A DNA stretch of 64,000 nucleotides from Pseudomonadota bacterium (GTDB taxonomy: Bacteria; Pseudomonadota; Alphaproteobacteria; Sphingomonadales; SMXR01), in assembly GCA_022566895.1 (NCBI GenBank), contig JADFIA010000009.1, forward strand, positions 3,925 to 67,924, given 5' to 3'. Under the pieces are notes generated by a model. The model searched no databases, was not told where the DNA came from, and saw only the letters and a program-made list of their open reading frames with translations. The translations under genes were made by a program, and so were the position numbers. Below, piece after piece: positions 16,067 through 25,912 of this stretch. Numbering within the stretch: the stretch's first letter is position 1; the number at the start of each line of letters is the position of its first letter.

Positions 16067-18451
16067 ATGGGAAAGGGACCGTTCGGCCAGGGTCTGGCAG
16101 TTAGTCTGTTGAGCCTGATGATCGCCGCCTGCGGCGGCGTCCCGAGCAGTAGCATTGGCGTCCCGGCACCGACTGTCCAGCCGCCCCCTGCACCGCCGCC
16201 GGCTCCACCGCCGCCGGACCCGCAGCCGGTGCCCGGCGCTGACGCCTTCCGGACGGCCGAATATGACCTCATGGGAGCGCTCGACGCGATTGGCGCCGCC
16301 GACGCCTATGCCCTGGGTTATACCGGCCAGGACGTGCTCATCGGCTTTGTCGATTTTAACTTTGTCTTCAATTCCAACGAGGTCGACTATCATCCCTCAA
16401 GCGTTGGCCTCGACCCGAATTTTCTGGCCATCTACGAAGCCCAGATCGGCGGCACGTCCTCCACGGACCAGCACGGCCACGCGGTGGCCGCGATCGCGGC
16501 CGGGATCAAGAACGATTTCGAAATCCATGGCGTTGCCTTTGATGCCACGGTGCTGGCGGTCGATTTCTTCTCCGGCGTCAACGTCACCCAAATCCAGGAG
16601 GGCAGCATCCTTTTTCACGTCTCGAACCCCTGGACCTATCTGATGGACAGGGGCGTGCGGGTGGTCTCGAAGTCGTTCGGATTTGACGAGGGCGACGTCA
16701 TCAGCGACCCACCGGCGGTCAGCGAGCGATACGTCATCGCGACCGAGGCCCATGTGGTAGACAGGGGCGGATTGCTGGTCATTTCGGCCGGCAACAACGC
16801 CGACCCCGATCCTTCGCTCTCGAACCTCAATCTGATCGACATCTTGCGCGACAATAATCTCCTCGACGGCGTTCCCGGCGCCTTCATCCTGGCTGGGGCG
16901 GTGGATCAGAACAATGTCATCGCGAGTTTTTCCGACCGCGCCGGGGTGGCCCGCGATTATTATATGGTGGCTCCGGGGGTCGACCTCGTATTCCCCTGGA
17001 ACGGCCAACTCGCAATTGGTTCGGGCACCTCGCTTTCAGCGCCGATCATCGCCGGTGCGGCGGCGATTATTTTCGAACTCTGGCCGACCCTGACGGCGCG
17101 CGAAGTGCGCGAGATTCTGTTTATGTCGGCGACCGACCTCGGGGCGATCGGGGTCGATGACGTGTACGGCCACGGACTGTTGAATTTATCGGCCGCCCTG
17201 CAGCCGCTTGGCCAGACGACGATCGCGGTCCAGAGCAGCGGTCTGGCGCCGGCTGTGCAAATGTCCGGCATGATACTCGGCGGGGCCTTCGGCGATGCGG
17301 CGGGGGTTACGGCCGGCCTTGAGAGCATCATGATGCTCGATGGCTTTCGGCGCGATTTTGCGGTCGATCTCTCGGGACTGGTGGCCAGCGGCCGCACCCG
17401 GGCCCGACTGGCCGACATCTTCGAGGGGCGCCGCGATTGGCGCTCGTCGTCGCTGACCCTCGGCGGTGGCGGGGCGCTTTATTTTGCCCTCGGCGAGGAT
17501 TTAAGGCGCACCCGAAGCCTTGCGTTTCTCGGCCAGGCAGCCAGGGATATGGGGCCGCGACGCGATCTGTTGGTCGAGTTCTCCGGCCGTCTCGGGGCGC
17601 TCGATCTGACGGCGGGCAGTGGCGGGCGGCTTGCCGAGGCCATGGCCGATCGGCCTGTGGCGCCATACGCAAAGCCGCTTTTATCCTTGAGCCAGGCCTT
17701 TTCCCGCGGTCTGGAGAGGGCCACAGGCAGCTATGCAAGCGCCGGTCTGTGGCTCGATCAGCGGACGCGGCTGCGCTTCGGCGCGGCGATCGCCGAGGCG
17801 GCCGGCGCCCGCTTGCATCCGCTTGAAGACTTACGCCGCAGCACCTCGGTTCAGGTGGCCGCGGTACGGCTCGATCGCTACCGGGGCCGGGGGCGCTTTG
17901 GGGCCGAGGTCGGCGCCATGACCGAACAGGGCGCCATTCTCGGCAGCCGCGGCACCGGCGGCCTGGCCTTGACCGACCGGGCCCGCACCACCTGGCTCAA
18001 GCTCGGCGCGGATCAAATGATCGGCCGGGATTTGAGCCTGGCCTTTACCGTTACCGGGGCGCTGACCGAGCCGGGTTCGGCCGCCGGAAGTCTTTTCGGA
18101 TCGATCGGCACGATCGCCAGCTCGAGCTTCGCGCTGCGCCTGGCCGGGCAGGGGATGATCAAGCGCGGCGATGCCTTCTCGCTGACCCTGCACCAGCCCT
18201 TGCGGGTCGAACGGGCGCCGGTGACATTGGTCTCCGGGATCGGCCGCGATTTTGAGACCGGCCAGGTGATCTTCGGGGCTCGCCGCCTGTCGCTCACCCC
18301 GTCGGGCCGCGAGATTGGGCTCGAGGCGGCCTACAGGCTCGGCCTCGGCCCCTGGACCGCCGAAGCCAACCTGGCTTACCGGATCGACGCCGATCATGTG
18401 GCCGGCCGGCGTGATCTGGCGGTGCTTTTGAGCTTCAACCGCCTGTTTTAG
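16067..18451 (+). CDS. Subtilisin-like S8 peptidase lipoprotein with C-terminal beta-barrel-like region
   Basis: Lipobox-like MIAAC and Pro-rich linker. HGHAVA, SAGN and GTSLSAP motifs; DLGAIGVDDVYGHGLLN. Amphipathic beta strands ending in Phe. Confidence 0.85.
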   Translation: MGKGPFGQGLAVSLLSLMIAACGGVPSSSIGVPAPTVQPPPAPPPAPPPPDPQPVPGADAFRTAEYDLMGALDAIGAADAYALGYTGQDVLIGFVDFNFVFNSNEVDYHPSSVGLDPNFLAIYEAQIGGTSSTDQHGHAVAAIAAGIKNDFEIHGVAFDATVLAVDFFSGVNVTQIQEGSILFHVSNPWTYLMDRGVRVVSKSFGFDEGDVISDPPAVSERYVIATEAHVVDRGGLLVISAGNNADPDPSLSNLNLIDILRDNNLLDGVPGAFILAGAVDQNNVIASFSDRAGVARDYYMVAPGVDLVFPWNGQLAIGSGTSLSAPIIAGAAAIIFELWPTLTAREVREILFMSATDLGAIGVDDVYGHGLLNLSAALQPLGQTTIAVQSSGLAPAVQMSGMILGGAFGDAAGVTAGLESIMMLDGFRRDFAVDLSGLVASGRTRARLADIFEGRRDWRSSSLTLGGGGALYFALGEDLRRTRSLAFLGQAARDMGPRRDLLVEFSGRLGALDLTAGSGGRLAEAMADRPVAPYAKPLLSLSQAFSRGLERATGSYASAGLWLDQRTRLRFGAAIAEAAGARLHPLEDLRRSTSVQVAAVRLDRYRGRGRFGAEVGAMTEQGAILGSRGTGGLALTDRARTTWLKLGADQMIGRDLSLAFTVTGALTEPGSAAGSLFGSIGTIASSSFALRLAGQGMIKRGDAFSLTLHQPLRVERAPVTLVSGIGRDFETGQVIFGARRLSLTPSGREIGLEAAYRLGLGPWTAEANLAYRIDADHVAGRRDLAVLLSFNRLF

Positions 18452-18533
18452 CCCGTATTTGCCGCTCGAACCTGTGACTTGCCTCAGGGATAGCCGAACC
18501 GCTAGGCTGGAGCCCCGGTCAGGAGTATGGCTT

Positions 18534-19979
18534 ATGATCCGCTGCCTTGCGCTTTGTTTGGTCTTGCTGCTCACGCCTCTTGAGGCGGCCGCCGCCGAAC
18601 TGCAAAAGGATGTGCGGGTGCGCACGGCGTTGCGGGTGCTCGACGCCTGGCTGGCCAGCCAGCAGGAATACCGCGGCATCCCGAGCCTGTCGGTGGGCGT
18701 GGTCCACGATCAGGATCTGATCTGGGCCAAATCCTACGGCCTGGTGGATCCGCAGGGCGGCCCGAAGGCGAGCCCGGAGACGGTCTACCGCATCGCCTCC
18801 AACTCCAAGCTGTTTACGGCCATCGGCCTCATGCAGCTGCAGGAGCGGGGCGTCCTGTCCCTGGATGACGAGGTAACGCGCTGGGTGCCGGAACTCTCCA
18901 AGATCGGGGGCGGGCTGTTCCATGGCCGGGCGATTACCATCGCCAGCCTTCTGAGTCACACCTCGGGCCTGCCGCGCGAGGGCAACAGCCCGGCCTGGGC
19001 CGAGGCCGATTTTCCGGAGATCGCCGAGGTGCTGGCCGGCCTCGAGGCGCAGCGGGCGATTTATGGGCCGCAGACGCGGCTAAAGTATTCGAACCTGGCC
19101 TTCACCCTGGCCGGCCTGATCATCGAGCGGGCCTCGGGCCTGTCTTATGAGAAATTCATCGATGATCTGATCCTCGAACCCTTGGCCATGACCCATTCCG
19201 GTGTCGATCTGCCCGGCCCCGCAGCCACCCGGCTTCTGGCGGTCGGCTATGCCCGGCGTATGCCCGACGGCTCGCGGCAACGGCTCGAATATACCCCGAC
19301 CAGGGCCATGGCGCCGGCCACCGGCCTTTATTCCACGGTGATCGATTTTGCCAGGTTCCAGGCCTGGCAATTCCGCCTGCTCGAAGCCGATGGGCACGAA
19401 ATCCTCTCAAGCGATGGCCTGCGCGACATGCAGCGCATGCACTGGATGCTGCCCGGGGGCGGCCGCGGCTGGGGTCTCGGTTTCCGGGTGACGCAGACGG
19501 CGTTCGGTCCTGTGGTCGGGCACGGCGGGCTGATCCACGGCTTTCGCACGGCCACCGGGATCCTGCCGGCCGACCGCATCGGTCTGATCGTCTTCGCCTC
19601 CAGCGACGACGGCGACGCGCAGAATTTCCTCGATAGAGCGGCCAGCCTGTTGGTGCCGCCGCTGCGCCAAGCGGCGATAAAGATCAAGCCGCCGCCGCAA
19701 ATACCGGCCCACTGGAACCGCCTCGTCGGGCTCTACCGGGCGCGGCTCGGGGATTTGCGGATCATTATCGGCGACGGCCAGCTGATCGGCGTCAATACCA
19801 CCAGTTCCGACCCGCGGAGCGGCCTGATGCGGCTGACGCCCCTGGCAGAATACGAGTTCAGGATCGACACCTCCTACGCCGGCCAATCGGGCGAGATCGC
19901 CCGCTTTGCGCTCGACGCCGAGGGCCGGGTCGAACGGCTATACCTGGGGGCGCATTATCTGGACCGCATCGGCGATTAG
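18534..19979 (+). CDS. Secreted serine hydrolase, beta-lactamase/AmpC-like (peptidase S12) family
   Basis: AGGAG before ATG 18534; signal peptide. SNSK (SxxK), LLSHTSG, YSN and HGG motifs. Confidence 0.88.
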   Translation: MIRCLALCLVLLLTPLEAAAAELQKDVRVRTALRVLDAWLASQQEYRGIPSLSVGVVHDQDLIWAKSYGLVDPQGGPKASPETVYRIASNSKLFTAIGLMQLQERGVLSLDDEVTRWVPELSKIGGGLFHGRAITIASLLSHTSGLPREGNSPAWAEADFPEIAEVLAGLEAQRAIYGPQTRLKYSNLAFTLAGLIIERASGLSYEKFIDDLILEPLAMTHSGVDLPGPAATRLLAVGYARRMPDGSRQRLEYTPTRAMAPATGLYSTVIDFARFQAWQFRLLEADGHEILSSDGLRDMQRMHWMLPGGGRGWGLGFRVTQTAFGPVVGHGGLIHGFRTATGILPADRIGLIVFASSDDGDAQNFLDRAASLLVPPLRQAAIKIKPPPQIPAHWNRLVGLYRARLGDLRIIIGDGQLIGVNTTSSDPRSGLMRLTPLAEYEFRIDTSYAGQSGEIARFALDAEGRVERLYLGAHYLDRIGD

Positions 19980-20698
19980 GCCAGGGCGGCGCGGCCGATG
20001 CCGAAGACCTCGTCGAGGGTTTGATCATCCAGCCCCAAGGGCATCGTCAGGTCCTTATAAAGGCCGCCGCGGTCGATGACCACGATGCGGTCGGCGTATT
20101 TCTCGGCCATCAGAAGATCGTGCATTACCAGGACCACGCAGGTGCCGGCTTTGGCTTGGCGGCGGAAGCATTCGAGGATGGCGATCTGGTGCCGGGGATC
20201 GAGCGACAGGGTCGGCTCATCGGCCAGAATAACCGGCGCCTCGGTGGCCAGCACCCGGGCCAGCAGCACCAGGGCCCGTTCGCCGCCCGAGAGTTCGAGC
20301 ACCGGACGGTGGCGAAATTCGGCGATCTCGGTGCGCTCCAGAGCCGCTTCCAGGGCCCCGGCCCGGGCCGCCGCCGCAGCCGGCAAACCGAGTGTGACCA
20401 GTGCTTCGACGCTCAATGGCCAGTAAATATTAGGCGCTTGCTCCAGGTAACCGATGCGGCCGGCCAGTTGGTGGGCTTGGCGGGCGCTAATGTCCTGGCC
20501 GGCCAGATGAACCTGTCCCGATGCCAGCGGCAAGAGCCGCAGGAGGGCTTTCAGGAGCGTCGTCTTGCCGGCCCCGTTCGGTCCGACGATGGCCGTGACT
20601 TGAGCCGCCCTGAAGCCGACAGATAGCTCTTTGAGCACGGGTTTGCCACCCACTTCGACGTTAAGCGCCCGGGCTTCGATGGCAAAGCTGCCGCTCAT
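19976..20698 (-). CDS. Cobalamin/iron-chelate ABC transporter ATP-binding subunit (BtuD-like)
   Basis: GPNGAGKT, LSGGE, ADEPT and H-loop; last gene of the riboswitch-led operon. Confidence 0.9.
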   Translation of the reverse strand: MSGSFAIEARALNVEVGGKPVLKELSVGFRAAQVTAIVGPNGAGKTTLLKALLRLLPLASGQVHLAGQDISARQAHQLAGRIGYLEQAPNIYWPLSVEALVTLGLPAAAAARAGALEAALERTEIAEFRHRPVLELSGGERALVLLARVLATEAPVILADEPTLSLDPRHQIAILECFRRQAKAGTCVVLVMHDLLMAEKYADRIVVIDRGGLYKDLTMPLGLDDQTLDEVFGIGRAALA

Positions 20699-21690
20699 CG
20701 CATGACCCTCCGGGTGTGCACCACCAGATACAAAAAGAAGGGCGCGCCGACCAGGCCGGTCAGCACGCCTAGCTTCAGCTCCTGGGTTGCCGGGATGGTC
20801 CGCACGCAGATATCGGCCAGCAGCACCAGGGCGGCGCCGGCGATCGCCGAAGGAACCAGAATGCGCCCCGGATCGTGGCCGACGAAGGGCCGCACCATAT
20901 GGGGCACGATCAGTCCGACAAAGCCCACCGCGCCGACCGTGGCCACACTGGCCCCAACCGCCAGGGCGGCGCCGAGGACCACGAAGAGGCGCAAGCGGAC
21001 CAGATCAAGGCCCATGGTCTGGGCGGTTTCCTCGCCGAAGGTCAAAAGCCGCAGGCCCGGACCGCCGGCCAGCATCAAGCCGCAGCCCAAGAGAATAAAC
21101 GGCCCGGCCAGCCACAAATCGGTGAAGCTGCGGTTCTGCAAGGAGCCCAAAAGCCACATCACGATATCGCTGACCGCAAAAGGATCGGGCGAAATGTTGA
21201 TGACCAGCGAGGTCAGGGCCACGGCCAGCGTGCTGATGCCAATGCCGGCAAGAATGATCGTCAGGACGCTCGCTTGGCGGGCCGAGAGCGCCAATAGCAC
21301 GGCGGTGGCCAGCAGCGCCCCGGTCATGGCAAAGAGCGGGATGGCCAGAGCGAAACCGCTGGCAAAGCCGCCGTAGATGGCGATCACGGCACCGAGGCCG
21401 GCGCTCGAGGAGACGCCGATGACGCCGGGATCGGCCAGCGGATTGCGCAAAAACCCCTGCAATGCGGCGCCGGCCAGGCCCAGGGTCGCACCGACCGCGA
21501 TGCCGACCAGCGCCCGGGGCAGACGAATTTCGCGCACGATCATGGTAAAGGGATCGTCGTCGGCGCCGGCGACCAGGGCGACCATCGCCTCGAGGGGCGA
21601 CAGGTTGGCCGGGCCCACCGCCAGCTCGACCATCAGGGCCAGCCCCAGCACGAAAAGGAGAATACCGGAAAAGCCGAGATCACGGGTCAT
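20695..21690 (-). CDS. FecCD/BtuC-family ABC permease
   Basis: IRLPR, LQGFLRNPLADP, GFVGLIVPH, GAPFF. True start is ATG 21690, overlapping the upstream stop (ATGA). Confidence 0.9.
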   Translation of the reverse strand: MTRDLGFSGILLFVLGLALMVELAVGPANLSPLEAMVALVAGADDDPFTMIVREIRLPRALVGIAVGATLGLAGAALQGFLRNPLADPGVIGVSSSAGLGAVIAIYGGFASGFALAIPLFAMTGALLATAVLLALSARQASVLTIILAGIGISTLAVALTSLVINISPDPFAVSDIVMWLLGSLQNRSFTDLWLAGPFILLGCGLMLAGGPGLRLLTFGEETAQTMGLDLVRLRLFVVLGAALAVGASVATVGAVGFVGLIVPHMVRPFVGHDPGRILVPSAIAGAALVLLADICVRTIPATQELKLGVLTGLVGAPFFLYLVVHTRRVMR

Positions 21691-22544
21691 GGTGTCCCTC
21701 CTGCCGTGGTCACCTCCAGATAGAGCCGGTGGATCCGTTCGACCGCCTCGACCGCGGTCCAGGCGGTGCAGTCCAAAAGCCGGCCGGGCACCAGCAGGCT
21801 CGGCTTTTCTTTGAGCAGCCGCCGGATCAGATGATGGCGGGCCAGGTTCCAGTGGTTGGTGGCGCTCGATTTGAGATCGAAAAAGCCGCCGACCATGACA
21901 TCGGGCGGCGCGATCAGCAATTGCTCGAGATCGAGCATGAACCAACCCTGCTTGCCGGCCTCGGCGTAAAGGTTGCGGAAGCCGGCCGCGGTGATCACTT
22001 CGTCGACCAGGGTGCCGCCGCCCGTGGTCGCCCCGGAGGGGGTCAGATAAATGGCACTTGGCCGGTCCTCCAGCGGCCGGTCCGCCCAACCGGCTCGGAC
22101 CCGGGCCAGCCGCGCGTCCATATCGGCGATCAAGGCTTCGGCCTTGGCCGCCTGGTCGAGCACCCGCCCGGCCCGGCGCAGGTTGCGGCGGGCCACCTCG
22201 AAATTATCGCCATAAGCCAGGTTGACCACCTCGATGCCGTAGGGCGCCAGCACGCTTTCAAGGTCCGGGCCGCCGCCAAAGGCGCGCATGACCACCCGGG
22301 CCCGCAAGGCCAATGCCTCCTCGGCTGTGCCCCGGACCTGCGGCAAAGGCGGCCGGGGGCTGGGAAAGTAAGAAAAATCGCTGCCCTGATATTTCGATAG
22401 GGCCAGGATTTGGCTGGGCTCGGCCAGGGCCAGAAGATGCTGATCGGCGCAATAATCGAACGAGACCACCCCCGACGGCGCCGCATGGACATGCGATCCC
22501 AGAACAAAGGTCAGGACCAGGCCGAGAGGGATGGTTGTTCTCAT
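21687..22544 (-). CDS. Periplasmic cobalamin-binding protein (BtuF-like)
   Basis: Signal peptide; VSFDYCADQHLLALA; AAGFRN; position in the operon. Confidence 0.85.
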   Translation of the reverse strand: MRTTIPLGLVLTFVLGSHVHAAPSGVVSFDYCADQHLLALAEPSQILALSKYQGSDFSYFPSPRPPLPQVRGTAEEALALRARVVMRAFGGGPDLESVLAPYGIEVVNLAYGDNFEVARRNLRRAGRVLDQAAKAEALIADMDARLARVRAGWADRPLEDRPSAIYLTPSGATTGGGTLVDEVITAAGFRNLYAEAGKQGWFMLDLEQLLIAPPDVMVGGFFDLKSSATNHWNLARHHLIRRLLKEKPSLLVPGRLLDCTAWTAVEAVERIHRLYLEVTTAGGTP

Positions 22545-22553
22545 AAACGCCCC

Positions 22554-24413
22554 TTAATACAGCACTCTGAGGCCGCCGAAGGCCGAAATGCCGGGTGTGC
22601 CGAAGCCGAAAACATCCTGATAATTTTCATCCAGAAGGTTGTCGATGCGGCCAAACAGCTCGACCTGCCCGGACAGTCTGTAGCTGGCCTTCAGGTCGAG
22701 CCGCACCCACTCGCCAATCGTTCCGAAAGCGTCGCTCTCCTGGCCATTGTAGGTCAAGGACAGACTGGTGTTCAGTTTTCGGCTGGCCCGCCAGTCGAGC
22801 CGCGCGAAAGCCGATGGTTTGGGTATCCGAGCCCGCTGGTCGCCGGTATCCCGGTCGCGGGCGGTCAGATAGGTGTAATTGGCAGAGAGTTGAAAGGAGC
22901 GGCTGAACGCGGCAACAAACCCCAGCTCGAGGCCCTTGGTCCGGCTGCGGGCGATATTCTCGTAAATCCCCGAGGCGAAGGAGAAATCAATCAGATTGCG
23001 GGTGGTGCGCCGAAAAAAGGTCGCCGTAAAGCGGAAATTTTCATGGCCCAAAGCCTTTTCGATGCCGACCTCCCAAGCCTTTGACGATTCGGGCTGCAAA
23101 TCCGGATTGGGCGCCGTGGCGCCGCAGCAGGCGAAGGTCAGCTGGAACGGGGAAGGGGCCTTGAAGCCCTCGCCATAATTGCCACGCAGCCGCCAGCCGC
23201 GGTCTTCGTCGTAATAATTGGCCGTCACCCGGAAGGTGGTGGCGTTGCCGAAGCGCTCGTGATCGTCGAGCCGCAGGCCGGCCGAGAAAGACAGGTTGCT
23301 CGCCGGTTTGACGAACCAGTTGGCGTAAAGACTGTTGATGGTGAGTTGCGCCGGGGCATCGAAGCTGGTCTCGAAACGGGTTTCCTCGGTCTTGACGCCG
23401 AAGGCGATGCTGCCCAGTTTACGGGCGTTCAAGAGCCCCCGGTAGGCAAAGCCGCGACGCTCGCCTTGGGCCGCAAAAGTACTGGTGCCGGCCGCGAAAT
23501 TCTCTCGTTCGATGCGCGAAAAGAGGAACGAAAAGCGGTTCTGAAGGCGCCCGCCGAGCAGCGTCAGATCGGCGCTGGCATTGAGATTAAACTCATCCGA
23601 ATCGGCCTCCTCGTCGGCGTCCACGACACCGGTGGGAAAACCGAAGCCGTCGAACTCGGCCCGGCTGGCCACATAGCGGGCGCTGACCAGAAATGACACT
23701 ATAGGGGTTAGCGAATATTGCCCGCGGGCCGACAGGGTCAGGGCCTCGTAGCCATCCTTTTCGGTATTGCCGTCGCGCTGGTCAGCCTTGGAGATGCCGT
23801 CCGAGGTGATGGCCGAGGCCGACAGCCGCAAACTCCCCTTGGGCCGGCCGATGGCCAGCCCGCCACTGCTCGAGAAGGTGGCGAAGGATCCGGCCTCGAA
23901 GCGACCGCTCAACGCGGTGCCGCTTTCCGGGGTCCTGGTGATGATATTGATCACCCCGCCGATGGCGTCGCTGCCGTAGAGCGTCGACTGCGGCCCTTTT
24001 AAAACCTCGATACGTTCGATATCGAACGGCGACAAGGTGGCAAAGTTAAAGCCGCCGCCGGGGGCGCTGGGGTCGTTGACGATCACGCCGTCGATCAGCA
24101 CCAGCGTCTGTTCGCTCAGGGCGCCGCGGATGCGGACGGCGGCAAAACCGCCGAAGGCGCCGTTCTGGCTGATCGAGACGCCGGGCAAGGTCTCAAGGGC
24201 ATCGAGCACGAACAGGTACTGGCCCTTGGCCAGGTCCTGGGCGTCCAGTATCTCGATGCTGCTGCCGATTTCGTTGAGGGGGACGGCCTGGCGTTCGGCG
24301 GTCACGGTGACCGTCTCTATGTCATCTATTGGCAACGGCAATTGATCGCCCTGGGCCCAGCTCAGGCCGGGCCAAAGGCATAATAGACTTGTCAGGATAA
24401 TTGGATTGCGCAT
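22554..24413 (-). CDS. btuB: TonB-dependent vitamin B12 receptor
   Basis: TonB box ETVTVTA. Plug motif IERIEVLKGPQSTLYGSDAIGGVINIIT; C-terminal DNLLDENY. Directly downstream of a cobalamin riboswitch. Confidence 0.88.
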   Translation of the reverse strand: MRNPIILTSLLCLWPGLSWAQGDQLPLPIDDIETVTVTAERQAVPLNEIGSSIEILDAQDLAKGQYLFVLDALETLPGVSISQNGAFGGFAAVRIRGALSEQTLVLIDGVIVNDPSAPGGGFNFATLSPFDIERIEVLKGPQSTLYGSDAIGGVINIITRTPESGTALSGRFEAGSFATFSSSGGLAIGRPKGSLRLSASAITSDGISKADQRDGNTEKDGYEALTLSARGQYSLTPIVSFLVSARYVASRAEFDGFGFPTGVVDADEEADSDEFNLNASADLTLLGGRLQNRFSFLFSRIERENFAAGTSTFAAQGERRGFAYRGLLNARKLGSIAFGVKTEETRFETSFDAPAQLTINSLYANWFVKPASNLSFSAGLRLDDHERFGNATTFRVTANYYDEDRGWRLRGNYGEGFKAPSPFQLTFACCGATAPNPDLQPESSKAWEVGIEKALGHENFRFTATFFRRTTRNLIDFSFASGIYENIARSRTKGLELGFVAAFSRSFQLSANYTYLTARDRDTGDQRARIPKPSAFARLDWRASRKLNTSLSLTYNGQESDAFGTIGEWVRLDLKASYRLSGQVELFGRIDNLLDENYQDVFGFGTPGISAFGGLRVLY

Positions 24414-24499
24414 TGGCGACTCCTTCGGTTCGGGTTTCCGAAATGTCGCCGCTGCGAGAGCCGCTCCCGATGGCTAGCCCGGCCACGGGAAGGACGACG

Positions 24500-24675
24500 C
24501 GACGGCAGGTTTCCTGGCTTCCGGATCATTGCCTTCCGCACCGCCTTCCCGGACCCTAAGGTCCAGTGGCGTGAGGGTGCGGAGCTTCCCGGCTACAGTT
24601 GCGGGTACAGCCACGGATTTGGAGCGCCCTCCGTACCGTGTTCCCTCTTAGCCCCGAGATCGGGGCACCATCTGG
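24500..24675 (-). promoter_or_regulatory. Cobalamin (B12) riboswitch
   Basis: Minus strand reads GGTGC..AAGAGGGAA..CGGT..AAATCCG..CCCGCAACTGTA..GCCACTG..GGGAAGG..AGCCAGGAAACCTGCC, the conserved B12-element blocks. Confidence 0.93.
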
Positions 24676-24739
24676 TCGGGAGTGTAGTCAAGCTGGGGTC
24701 GGACGGCAAGGCCGAACCGAGCGGCACGCGGGGGCTTGC

Positions 24740-24889
24740 CTAGGCGCTATCGACCTTGGCGCCGGCTTGTTGTCTGGCCAGTTCCTTCAGGGAATCGAGC
24801 AGCACCTTTTCGGCCAGTTCGGCGTCCTCCTTGGACAGCTTTTGGGGATCGACGGCGCCCATGATCACCAGCTTGAGGGCGGTGGGCGC
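24740..24889 (-). pseudogene. Probable 3' remnant of a lost gene, or a 40-aa small ORF from ATG 24862
   Basis: Minus frame reads APTALKLVIMGAVDPQKLSKEDAELAEKVLLDSLKELARQQAGAKVDSA* with strongly GC3-biased codons. No clear RBS. Confidence 0.45.
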
Positions 24890-24901
24890 TAGGACAAGGA
24901 G

Positions 24902-25230
24902 ATGGGCATGAGCGAAGAGGTCATTGTCGGCGTCATTCTGGCCGGCGGCCAGGGCCGGCGCATGGGTGGCCGGGAGAAATTCGCCCTCACCCTGGCCGGT
25001 GAACGACTGGTGGACATTGCGGCGCGGCGCCTCGAACCGCAGGTGGCGGCGATCGTGGTTGCCTCAAACCGCGAGGTCGGCGGGGGTCTGGCCTGGTGCG
25101 CCGATATCTTCGCCGGTTCGATGGGCCCGCTGGCCGGTCTTCAGGCTGGCTGCGTCTGGGCCACACAGAATCTGCCCGAGGCCCGGCCGACCTCGACGAG
25201 GCCGAGCGAATGGTCGGCCTGAGCGGCTGA
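24902..25230 (+). pseudogene. mobA: Molybdenum cofactor guanylyltransferase, internally deleted and frameshifted
   Basis: N-terminal GVILAGGQGRRMGGREK..GPLAGLQAG. Near 25183 it jumps to a MobA-like C-terminal tail PADLDEAERMVGLSG* in another frame. The central part is missing. Confidence 0.8.
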
Positions 25231-25437
25231 GAGAAGTCCGTTTTTTGCCATAAGCGGAGGTTCGGAGTCGCTGCGGCGGCACGGCACCAAGACGTGGCCC
25301 GGATAAAATGATATTATTCACCAAACCCAAGCTGGCTCTCGACCAGTCGTTTTCTGATGATCTGTTCGCCCGCCCGGGGGCAGAGGATCCAGCTGGGTGG
25401 GAAATAGCGAAGTGCCAGATGAAAGAGGAGGCAAGCC

Positions 25438-25647
25438 ATGACCAATCATGTCTACAAGAACGTCGAACTCGTCGGCTCGTCGGCGACCAGCATCGAGGAC
25501 GCCATCGAGAACGCCATCGGCACGGCAGCGAAGACGCTCAAGCACCTCGAATGGTTCGAGGTATTGGAAACCCGCGGCCACATCGTCGATGGAAAGGTTG
25601 GCCATTATCAGCTGGTGCTGAAGGTTGGCTTCCGCATCGAGGCCTAG
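25438..25647 (+). CDS. Dodecin (flavin-binding protein)
   Basis: HVYKNVELVGSS..AIENAI..WFEVLETRGHIVDGKVGHYQLVLKVGF; GAGGAGG RBS. Confidence 0.95.
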   Translation: MTNHVYKNVELVGSSATSIEDAIENAIGTAAKTLKHLEWFEVLETRGHIVDGKVGHYQLVLKVGFRIEA

Positions 25648-25752
25648 GCGCACTCAGCCGACGGCCAGGGGCAGGTGAGACGAATGTCTGGCCGTCATTC
25701 GTCTCAACTTCCGCGGTGGCTCAAATGCGGACTCTTTTTTGAGGCCTCGACC

Positions 25753-25812
25753 CCAGATCCGCAATCAGAGGGCCAGATCCGCAAGCAGCGGGCCAGATCC
25801 GCAATCAGCGGG
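25753..25812. repeat. Three tandem 20-bp repeats CCAGATCCGCAA(T/G)CAG(A/C)GGG
   Basis: Read directly in the intergenic region. Confidence 0.9.
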
Positions 25813-25912
25813 ATTGTGATGGGCTGTCGCTTGCCATAGGCGGTCTCAGGCTGCATCATCCGGCAGGCAGCCGCGCTCGGCGGTTGTTTTACTTTTTTGG
25901 GGGAGAGTTCGA

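Noticed and set aside
21691-22089. N-terminal extension of the BtuC-like permease in the ORF track
   Set aside because: Overlaps the binding-protein gene; ATGA coupling at 21687-21690 marks the true start.
19976-24675. B12 uptake operon as a novel system
   Set aside because: Canonical riboswitch-btuB-btuF-btuC-btuD-like arrangement.
25753-25812. Mini-CRISPR or plasmid iterons
   Set aside because: No spacers and no rep or cas gene; only three contiguous copies.
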